A stretch of DNA of 64,000 nucleotides, taken from positions 2,481,690 to 2,545,689 of the forward strand of contig MU058384.1 of assembly GCA_013265495.1 (NCBI GenBank), in the 5' to 3' direction. The position numbers and the translations under genes are program-made. Below the pieces are notes generated by a model. It ran no database searches, was not told the origin of the DNA, and worked only from the letters and a program-made list of their open reading frames with translations. Positions 14,101-24,487 of this stretch are shown here, in pieces (position 1 is the stretch's first letter; every line of letters begins with the position of its first letter). Source of the DNA: Vicugna vicugna (taxonomy: Eukaryota).

Positions 14101-15644
14101 AACTGATACAGTCTTACAGATCAACCCCCCACCTTCTAAAATACTGAACTGCAAAACTTGTACCTTTTATTTTCCTTAAAGTAGATTTTTCTTCTGTTTC
14201 TACCCTTCTGCCCACTTCCCCTCTTTCTGAGGGAGAACATCATAGGTACACGTGTGAGTGTCTGTGTGCAGTAAGTGTGCTTAGCAGAGGGGAGGAGGAA
14301 GAAATAGATCCTCTCTACCAAAGATGCAAATACAAAAATGATTCTCCATCACCACAGTAAGGGAAAGGGCCTTATGCTGGGGAGCCTTCCTTGTAGGGCG
14401 ACATCTCCTGTGCGGTTGATACAAGAACATTGCCGCCATTTGCTATTTGTCTGAGCTGTTCTATCCAGTCAGAGACATGTGCCATGTGATGGTTAATTTA
14501 AGCGGGGCAGGGAGGGAGATCTCAGGAATCCCACCCACCACCAGGTGAACAGGGATGCCAGTGGGTGCTCAATTCTCATGGCTCACCGAAGCCTGTGACT
14601 GAGATATTTTCAGGTCCTTGTTGGATGATGACAACATAGAAAGAGTTATTGTTTTGCTACTATTTTTTCAAAATTGGATTTGTCCTAATGATTACTATGC
14701 ATGGATTGATTTTTTTTCCTGTATACACTTGGGTAAGTTCTTGGCTTCATTTTTTTTTTTTAAGCTTCTCTTCTTTCCTAGGTAGCTTGAAATCTTCACC
14801 TACACTTAAGGATTTTCCTCATCCACTACCCTCCCTCCCTGTTCACCCTGCCTCGTGCTGCTTCTTCTTCTTTTCTTCTTCTTCTTTTTTTTCAAACATA
14901 CTATTCTCTCTGTTTGGTTGTAAAGCTCCAAGAAATGAATAACCCTAATCTAAGGAAATGTTCACTGGATTGGTTCCTGCTGCTTTTTCCCCACCAGAAC
15001 ACAACAGATTGCTATTGAATTTTGAATGTCACCAACAGACAGATGATAATGGCTTAAGATGGATAATGAAATGTTTGAAACACAGATGGGCATGTAAATC
15101 ATCTTTCTTTTTCTTAGGATTTCCTTCTGGCATTAAAAAAAAATGTAATTAACACTGTTTTACACCAGTACCCCTTATAAATGGTATCTCTGTAGCCCTA
15201 TTGTTGAACTGCTGCATTCATCTGTCTTTGGGAAAGACAGTCACCGCTTGACAGATGTTCTGTGCAGTCACCTGGTGGGTGAGAGGCTACCTTCATATCT
15301 TTACCAAAAGGAGGTTAGTTGAAAAGTAAATCTTCCAAGGAACACTCAGCCTTGATCTCAAAGGAAGTACCTGGGAATTCTATATGCAGCGCTTAATCTG
15401 TAGGTGGATTTGAAGAACACATTTAGAGAAGTGCATGAAATTGATAATAAGAATTTTCATTTTGGGAGCTATTGTAACTACTTAAAGTCTCATTTACGTG
15501 CTTATAGGAAAAAAGAAATTAGATCAAATAGAAAAGATTTAAGTACAACAGAGCAGAGTCAGAAGAGGGCAAGGGATCAAGGTAATGAACCAAGACACTG
15601 ATTTTTCTTTTTAGGTAACAAGCCTCTTTCTGCTTTATCTCCAG

Positions 15645-18600
15645 CTTCTGGGGGCACTGGCCAAGATGATGGTGGTCACTCAGTGTTCACCCCAGACCAC
15701 TACTCTACAGTAGGAAGGCTTGACAGCTGTCGAGCTGCCGGGCAGCGCTCAGAAACCAGGGATTCCAGCTGTCAGACTGAGGAAGTGAAAGTGGTACCAC
15801 CTTCAATGAGGAGAATCCGAGCACAGAAGGGGCAAGGCATTGCCGCCCAGATGAGCCACTTCTCAGGCTCCTCTGGGAACATGTCTGTGCTGAGCGACTC
15901 TGCGGGCATCGTGTTCCCTTCTCGCCTCAACAGTGACGCTGGTTTCCACAGTCTTCCGCGGTCTGGAGCGAGGGCAAATGTTCAGTCCCTCGAGCCACGG
16001 CTGGGCGACCTGGGCTCTGCAGAAGACGTGGACGGCACTTCCCCCTATCAATGGGGTCACCCACATGTAGATGAAGACTTAGGGCATCCAGGAGGTGCCT
16101 CAAGGACTGGGACACCTTTGAGACCCAAATCCCAGGAGCTGAGGCACTTTGAGGCTGAGAACGTGACAAGCCCGGCGTGTGTGGTTTCTCCTCACGCCAC
16201 CTACTCCACCAGCATCATCCCAAATGCCACACTCTCTTCCTCTTCCGAGGTTATTGTGATTCACACTGCTCAGAGTTCAGGGCAGCTGGACGGTCAGATT
16301 ACCAGCTCATCTTCGTACACAAAGATCAAATCCAGGGACCATCCCCTCTCCAGGCACAGAGATGCTCGTCATTCTCCCAGTGGTAACTGGACTGAAGGGC
16401 ACGCCACCATTTTTTCACAGGCCTCGGATCCCCATTCCTCCAGTGCAAGCGCACTGCTGTCCCTCTGTGATTCCACGGTCTCTCTCAATGCTGGAAATCG
16501 GGAAAATGGGTCCCAGGCCATGGCCTATAACTGTAGAAACAGCCTGAGCTTCCCCGCCCACCCGCAGGACGTGGATGGCAGGAGCGAGTCCAGTTACTCA
16601 GGCGGCAGGGGGCTCGGCAGCGCGGAGCCCTGGGAGTACCACGCCTCCGGGAATGGGCGGGCGTCTCCACTGAAGCCACATGTGGCGACTCCCGGTTACT
16701 GCACTCCTGGGAGCAACATGAGCAGCTGCAGTTTGGACCAGACGTCCAACAGAGATGACGCCCGGTCTGTGTATTCCGAGGACCACGATGGCTACTGCCC
16801 GTCTCTGCACACCGGCTCTGGGAACCTGTGCAGTGGCAGCGACAGCCTGGGGAACCCCAGGCACAGCGTGGTTAATGTTTTCGATGAAAGAACTCAGAAG
16901 AACCCAGGGGACCGGGCAAATTACCAAGACAAATCCCTTTCGCGAAGCATTTCTTTGAAGAAAGCGAAGAAGCCTCCCCTGCCGCCCTCTCGGACCGACT
17001 CTCTGCGCAGGATTCCCAAGAAGAGCGTCCAGTCTCACGGGCAGGTGCTCAACGAGAGCCTGATCGCCTCGCTGCAGCACTCGCTGCAGCTGAACCTCCC
17101 CGACAAGGGCGGCACCTCGCCCTCCCAGAGCCCCTGCAGCGACTTCGAAGAGCCCTGGCTGCCTCGCTCGCGCAGCCAGAGCACAGTGAGCGCGGGCAGC
17201 AGCCTGACCTCCGCCACCACCCCCAACATCTACTCCCTGAGCGGGGTCACGCCGGCACAGAGCGACACGAGCAGCGTCAGGTCCGAGTACACAGACCCGT
17301 GGGGTTACTACATAGACTATATGGGCGTGCAGGAAGACCCCGGGAACCCAGGTCGGGGAGGTTCAAACAGCACTGCGGCGCCACCTGGAAACGGGCCTGG
17401 ACACGAGCTCCCAGAGGGGTCCAGGGCCGCGGTACCCCAAGTGCCCGGTGGCACAGTCAAACCAAAGATCACATCGCCGGAGAAGTCGCACAGAGTCACT
17501 TCTCCGTCCAGTGGGTATTCCAGCCAGTCGAACACACCCACCACACTCACCCCTGTGCCTGTGTTTTTAAAATCAATGTCACCAGCCAATGGGAAGGGGA
17601 AACCCAAGCCCAAGGTACCAGAAAGGAAGTCTTCTCTGGTATCTTCAGTATCCATCTCCTCCTCCTCCACGTCTCTTTCCTCGAACACTTCTACAGAAGG
17701 AAGCGGAACTATGAAGAAGCTGGATTCGGTGCTGGTGTCTCCCCTTGCCGCTCCTCCTCTGCCCTCTCTTCCATCTCCTCGTCCTGCTGACAAGTCTCCT
17801 CTCCTCCCTCCTCCTCTTCCTGTGGCAGATTCCCCTGAGGGCTCCCCTCTGCCTCGCTCCCCCCTCTTTCCCCCTCCACCCCCAGAAGTTCTTACTCCCC
17901 TCTGTCCCCAAACCGATGCCTGCTTTCCTCCGCCCCCCACGGCACTTAGCCCCCTTGTTCTGGATTCATCTGCTTCTCTGCCACCTCCACCACCTGCCTT
18001 ACCCTCCTCAGTGCCTCCACCTGCCCCACCCCTTGACCCCAAATTGATGAAAGATGCCAGGCCTTCTTTCAAAAAGTCTGGCCAGCCAGAGCCCTCCCAG
18101 GAGGCTTGCAGGCAGCCTTCCACCAAGGAGGAGGGCAGCAGACCCCCCATGCCGCTGGTCACCACAGAAGCGCTGCAGATGGTGCAGTTGAGGCCAGTGA
18201 AGAAGAACTCAGGAACTGAAGGAGCACTGTTTCATGAACACGCATCTCAGGAAAAACCAACTCCAGTCATTCCCCAGTATCATTTAAAGCCATCTGCTTT
18301 CCTGAAGTCCCGAAATAGCATAAATGAAATGGAGAGTGAAAGCCAGCCTGCCTCCGCGACAAGCTCCCTCCCGTCTCCTGCCAAGAGCTCTACTCAGGGT
18401 CACCAGGACAGTGCGGCTGAGCGCAGCCTCCCAAGCCACGGCCTGAGCCGCGCCGGGAATGCAGAGGCTGGGCCCGGGCCCACCCCGCCCCATGAGCCTC
18501 TCGGCCCATCGCCCAGCAGGAAGCCGCCCCCCATTTCCAAGAAGCCCAAACTATTCCTCTTGGTGCCACCTCCGCAGAGAGATTTCACGGTGGAGCCCGC

Positions 18601-18854
18601 AGAAAACGTGAGCGAAGCATCACCCAGCCCCACGAGAGGAGAGGCACAAGAGAGTTGTGCAGCCGGGGCAGGTTCCGATGAGTCCGACTCTGGCAGCTCG
18701 GTTCTTGCCGGAGGAGCTGTAGGATCCAAGTCCCTGGGCAGAGTGGAAGCCACTGTCCCCATGGTGCAGCCTGATGCCTCGCCAGCCCCCACGCAGGAGG
18801 AGCCGGGCGCCGCGGGCAGTGTGGAGAGCGATCTGTCCCTGCAGGACCCAGGAG
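15645..18854 (+). CDS. NHSL1: NHS-like protein 1, large 3210-bp Ser/Pro-rich coding exon
   Basis: Acceptor ctttatctccag|CTTCT and donor GGAG|gtgagt. Same frame as the 1071-aa ORF 15683..18898. Contains SETRDSSCQTE, KKAKKPPLPPSRTDSLRR, SPSSGYSSQSNTPT and polyproline tracts typical of NHSL1. Confidence 0.97.
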
Positions 18855-19377
18855 GTGAGTATGGTTTTCTCTCGTTCCCCCTGACCATGTGCAGCTGAGG
18901 CGAGTAGCGCTGGTGCTTGTTCACGTTCAAGCCAGCAGTATGTGGGCTCCCTGTGCTGCCTGGCACTTAGGTTACCAACTTGGCATTTGTATGAAAATTG
19001 TTTTAAAAATCTAGATCTAAGGGTAGGGCTTACAAAAGGGCAGACAATAGAGGTGGGGTGGTGTTGGGGAGGGTGATCGGCAGCAGGCTGGGTATTAAAT
19101 ATCAGTGAGTAATCTCCTGGAGAGCTGCAAAGAAATGTAACAACATTTGAGAGATTTTAGTCGGAGTTCATCTAGACTTTAACAGCAGAGCATGAGCTTT
19201 GACTGTCATGCTCGTGTCATTTTCCCCACCTTTGTGAAATATCAAACTGCAGACCCCACTGCCTCTCCCTGTGGTTCTCATGTTGTCAAGAATGACAGGG
19301 AAGCATATTTGGGAGCTTGGCTAAAGACTGAAATTCAAACCGCTCGTGCATCTCACGTCTGCCTGCTTGCTTCATAG

Positions 19378-19510
19378 CTGGGGTGCGGGAGACGGACACA
19401 GTCGGTTCTTCCCCGGAGGCCTGTGACTTCCTTAAAGAAGACGGGAGTGATGAGGTGATGACCCCCAGTAGACCCCGGACCACAGAAGACCTTTTTGCAG
19501 CTATTCACAG
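19378..19510 (+). CDS. NHSL1: NHS-like protein 1, penultimate coding exon
   Basis: Acceptor gcttcatag|CTG and donor CACAG|gtattc. 133 bp, phase 1 to 2. Encodes AGVRETDTVGSSPEACDFLKEDGSDEVMTPSRPRTTEDLFAAIHR; RPRTTEDLFAAIHR is an NHS-family motif. Confidence 0.95.
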
Positions 19511-20065
19511 GTATTCAGACTCCTTATTTGAATCTGCTTTATGAGTCCCCCTTTCCAAACCCTTTCTCAATGTATTTTTCTTTCTTGAGATTTCTTCTGC
19601 CCCCCAATTAGGCTTCATTAACTTGATTGTGGATTTTTTTTAGTGTTTCTATAGTTCTATTTTCATTGACTCCAATTTCTGTTTTACTTTGTTCCAATAA
19701 TGTTTATGGTGATGTGGGAGAGAGAGGCGCAATTTGCTGTTGGCTTTTGGTCAGCACTGCTCTTAGTAGCAGGAAATGTAGTGTCCGTCATATGACAGGG
19801 TATTTACAAGAGTTGGGCTAGAGTGGCCAGTGGTCAAGTCCAGGATGAAGGAGGCTGTGTTCTGTGGACTTAAGATGCACAGACTAGCTCTACAGGACTT
19901 CTTTCCTAACAGTGTTTTACTTGTTTGCTATTATCATTTTCATTTTACAGAAAAACTAGAATCTTACGGTGTAATTTCTTTGGCCACTCAAATGTTTCAG
20001 TAAAAGAGTACATCTTTTTTAAGCAGGAGCAAGAGGAAATAAATCCGCTTGTTACTGTATACTGC

Positions 20066-20083
20066 TAGTGCCATCTACTGGCA
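20066..20083 (-). promoter_or_regulatory. Candidate CTCF site in the last NHSL1 intron
   Basis: The minus strand reads TGCCAGTAGATGGCACTA, matching the CTCF core CCASYAGRKGGCRS with no mismatch. Confidence 0.6.
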
Positions 20084-21596
20084 TCCAAAATTACTGAGTT
20101 TAAAACAAAACAAAACAGGAAACTAACTGCCTGAAATGGTATACTTTTTACATGTGATCACCTTGAAGAGTGAATATGATTTAGCCCTAAACTTTTATTT
20201 ATTGCCTCCTTTTTCTGGCTACGAGCACTCCCACAACAGTGTCATTATAAAAATGGATAAGATTGTATTTGCACCTGTACTTTTTAAACTATGTGCTATG
20301 TAAGCCCTTTGCTGCCTTCTAAGATTCTTTAACACAGTGTTTTCAGATAACTCAGGTGAATGCCCCCATGCTGCCAAGGCCTTATGTTGCCCTGAATCAA
20401 GGTGCCTTTTTTCCCTCCTGAAACTAAACGTCTATAAAATCATTTGATTCTCTTAGTGAGTAACCTTGTGTCAGGAATGTTTTCCCAATTCTTGGAATCT
20501 ACCTGGAAAGACTGTTATTGCGTGACATGAGCAGCACTGGCTGTGCCAGTCCCTACCTGAGATTCCATGTAAACATCTGACCTGGGTGGGTGGGGGAAGC
20601 CAAGCAGGTGAACTAAGGTGTTTGTCAGGAGTTATATTCTTTATCTCTTTGCTCCATGTATTGGTATAATGGCCCAACAGACCCTAAGACTGCCTCTTCA
20701 ACATTGACTGGTCCCTTTGCTCTCATTAGAAATAAAAATATAGCTAGGTATCAAGTTATTCCTCCAAACAAGGAAATGAAAAATGTCACATCCTTTGAAA
20801 CCAACTTCTGTGCATTTCTAGAGGTTTACACAGATGTTTCTAACATGAATCCTGCTGGACCCCTAATAAGCACTCCATAGGTATTTTCTGAATTAAGCTG
20901 AACCAATTGGAATTTAACTGTTAAAAAATCCTTCCAAGGCCCAGTGTCTTTCATTTGGTCTGGTATGTGCCGGGTGCTAAACATGCAGGCATATGTATCT
21001 AAAACAGCATCCAGAGAAGATGTGTTGCCTGGTGGCTCTGTGTACTAAATACTTGGTCTCAGGGAGAAACCCAACTGTTGTGGGGCTGAATTACTACATT
21101 TCCTAAAAAAAATGCTGAAGTTCTCTTCTATATTTTATTTTGGCAACCTTCTTGAGGCACTAAAAAATTTCCACTGCAGATGTAGAAATTGGCCAGTCTG
21201 TATTGTTCTGCATACACATGATACAAGTAAAGACTGAGCTGGGTATGGATTGCAGAGAGAGAGCAAGGACACAGGCTGACTTCTGTTTGGGTACATAGTT
21301 ACATATTTTTAGATAATATATTAGCAAGCATAATAGGAACCCACCTAGTATCTGTGACTTTTAAGGCTTTATTTTATATCCTTCAGCACCTAAGCTAATA
21401 ATTTAATGGAAAGAATATCTAAATTGAAACAGCTTTTAAATTTTATAATGCAAATTAATTCACTTCAGATTTAAAGCCAGATGGAAAATGTGGAACACCA
21501 GTTGAGGTGTGAAGTTTTTATATTTATTGAAATAATTAGTTTTTAAGCCAGTGTTAACTATTTAAGCACTTTTCCTAGCCATCTTCCTTAGGAATA

Positions 21597-21730
21597 CACA
21601 TATTTTTTTATATATGTATATACTTATATATATATATATATGTATTTGTGTAGATATATATATTATACATATATATTTACATGTATATATGTATAGTGTA
21701 TATGTGTGTATACACATATATACATATATG
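21597..21730. repeat. Degenerate (TA/TG/CA)n alternating purine-pyrimidine tract
   Basis: tatatgtatatacttatatatatatatatatgtatttgtgtagatatatatattatacatatata... Confidence 0.85.
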
Positions 21731-22469
21731 CAGAGAATTTACCTATTTAGATTTAATTCTCATTTAAGGGGGCAGTTGCTCTTGAGAAACAACAATGCTT
21801 TTATAAATCCCCATCTCCTCTCTTTATTCTGAATCTACAGTTAAAGGCCATAGCTTTAACCAGGTATAGCTGTGGCTTATTAGATGGAGCTCAGCACACC
21901 CTCTCCATTTAAAAGCCAAAAAAAAAAAAATTATACCACAAACCAATACCTGCAGGAATCAGAAGAGCAGCTCTGCCTGTGTAAACAGTATAAACTGAAG
22001 ACACGTGCTCTACATGGAAACACACTCCGTCAGCTCCTGCTTCTTGTGTTGCGCCGTGTGACCTCACACCCTAGTGAAGTCACCTTCTCTGGTATCCACT
22101 CTTTGACAACCAGAGAACCGCAGGCCAGTCCCTGCACTCCCAAGGGGGCTGGCACCGTGTCAGCTCTGGCCACCCTTCAGCCTCTTAATTGGGTTTTTAC
22201 CACTTCCTGGCTTCCATTTTGGTGGCTTCTTTTTGGCCAGAAGCATGGAGAGAGCCCTGGGAGCACCAGGCCTGGGGCAGCCACCATGGGCCCGCCCTCC
22301 CCGTGCCTAGCTGTGCAGGGCGTGTAAACCAGCGCTGAAGCCTGGCCTAGTGGCAGGAAGGGAGAGTGGTCTCTCCCTAAATGACACTCAGAGGATGGTT
22401 AAACACCTGCTCTATGCCTGGCGCTTTATGGCTGCTGCTACGTTTACCTTTGTTAACAAGTACAAGCTG

Positions 22470-22745
22470 TCTACTGTTATTCTCCTTTACCAGACAGGAA
22501 ACAGGATCAGAAACTTTAACGTGCCTAAGGTCACAGAACAAGGAAGCTTTAGCAGTGGGGTTTAACCCAGGTCAGCGTGGCTCCAGAGGTCATCTGTCTC
22601 ACTGAATCCTCACAAACCTGTGAGGTTGGCATCATCGCTTCCATTTTACAAGTAGGAAAACTGAGGCGCAGCATAGATAAGTCACTGGTCCCAGGTCACA
22701 CAGCTAGAAGTTGGTCATGCTCAGATTCAGCTCTCAATCTCTATG
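22470..22745 (-). mobile_element. Two adjacent MIR fragments
   Basis: ctttaccagacaggaaacaggatcaga...aaggtcacag and aatcctcacaaacctgtgaggttggc...ccattttacaagtaggaaaactgaggcgc...aggtcacacagctag. Confidence 0.7.
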
Positions 22746-23751
22746 TTTAGATAGCATCGTCTCAACCTTTACTTGTGTATTCTAGAATTTCCTAGCAGAA
22801 AAGGAGCTAGGCCCACATCTTTATTTTATTAAATATATCAAGTTTCCACAGCGCAAGTCCACCTACTCTTAGCTGAGAGATTCCTCACACACCGAGTTGT
22901 CATGAAGAGGCCAGCAAGGGGCCCCTTGGCTCATCTGCTTTATTTGCTCTGATTCACTCTCAGTAGGAAACACATTAGGGGAGATTCTTAGAGAATGAGG
23001 GCAAGAAATAGCTCCAAGACAATTTTAACTTTCCTTGAAGGCCCTTCCCCTGTTTCACGCTCTACCCGCACCCCTCACATTTTCTCGATCAGTTAGAGGT
23101 TCTCTGAAGTCAATCAGGACACAGGACCTGGTGTAGAGGGTTCACTCTTGTCTTCCAGAAAATTGGATTTCTAGGAGTTGACATGTGGTCCAATAAGAGC
23201 CAAGGAAGGCTGGTTTTATGCCAAGCTCTAGAATGACTGAGAAGGTAGAGCTGTGGAGTTGTTCTGGAACCTGAGACGGGGGCCTGTCTCAGCAGAGCGG
23301 ATATTCTAGGAGTTGGCTTGTCTGTTAGGCCCAGTCAAGTGCTGGCACCAAACAAGAAATGGAAGAGTAGAAAGAAAGGATGGTCAGCATCGGGAAATTC
23401 ACTCCGTATCAGTCCAATATAGAAAAGGTAAATGATAAGTGGTAATTATTAAAACTTTGGAAATTGTCCTATCCAAAGGAAAATAATGTGATGGCTGAGA
23501 TTTGTTTCAGAATAATCCAGTGAGGGTGGAAATGAAAGAAGGGTGGCCATAAGTTAATGATTATCGTAGCTGGGTCATGGGCACACATGGTAATACAATG
23601 AACTATTCTTTTTGCCTGAGGGTTTGGAACTTCCCATAGTAAAAATAATAGACGGTGAGCAGAGTATGGGATAAGAGAAGCAGGGTGGTTGTGGCTGACA
23701 TCCAGCGACCCACTGGGAATTAACCTTTATCTTAACGTTATTAAATCTCAG

Positions 23752-24487
23752 GTCCAAGAGGAAAGTCCTTGGCCGTAAAGATTCAGAGGATGACCACTCC
23801 CGAAATCATTCTCCCTCCCCACCAGTGACACCCACTGGTGCTGCCCCCAGCCTGGCCTCCCAGAAGCAAGTGGGATCCATTCAGAGAAGCGTCCGGAAAA
23901 GCAGCACCAGCAGTGACAACTTTAAAGCCCTGCTGCTAAAAAAGGGGAGTCGGTCAGACACTAGTGCCCGCATGTCCGCAGCCGAGATGCTCAAGAACAC
24001 AGACCCTAGGTTCCAGAGGTCAAGGTCGGAGCCGGGGCCAGACACCCCCGAGAGCCCATCAAGCTGCTCCCCAAGCAAGAACAGAAGGGCCCAGGAGGAG
24101 TGGGCCAAGAACGAAGGCTTGATGCCTCGGAGTCTGTCCTTTTCCGGCCCCAGGTACGGCCGCAGTCGAACGCCGCCTTCTGCCGCCAGCAGCAGGTACA
24201 GCATGCGGAACCGGATCCAGAGCAGCCCCATGACGGTGATCTCAGAGGGCGAAGGGGAAGCCACGGAGGCCATAGACAGCAGAGCTCCCCGGGCCCCGGG
24301 CGCTGCAAGGGGATGTTCGCTGGATGGACTGGCGGGGGATGAAATGGATGAGAGCAGCCTGTTCTGTGGCGTGGCTTCCGCTGCCTCGCTGGGGGCGCAG
24401 GCTGCTGGCCCCACGGAGGGGCGGGCCAGTGCCGCGGGGAGGGATCTCTCAGAACAACGTGAAGGTCCTCTAAGGGAAGGGAGTTAG
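23752..24487 (+). CDS. NHSL1: NHS-like protein 1, terminal coding exon
   Basis: Acceptor aaatctcag|GTCCAAG gives (R)SKRKVLGRKDS...SSDNFKALLLKKGSRSD...PMTVISEGEGE. Stop TAG at 24485-24487. The five exons join to 4404 nt with no internal stop. Confidence 0.96.

Noticed and set aside
17317..18165. 282-aa antisense ORF, plus other minus-strand ORFs at 16598-17080, 18400-18966 and 23881-24536
   Set aside because: Shadows of the GC-rich, Pro/Ser-rich NHSL1 coding strand. They are Gly-rich, low complexity and show no independent gene signals.
18855..18898. ORF-track extension of the large NHSL1 exon to a stop at 18898
   Set aside because: A consensus donor (GAG|gtgagt) at 18854 splices in frame to the next exon, so the extension is intronic.
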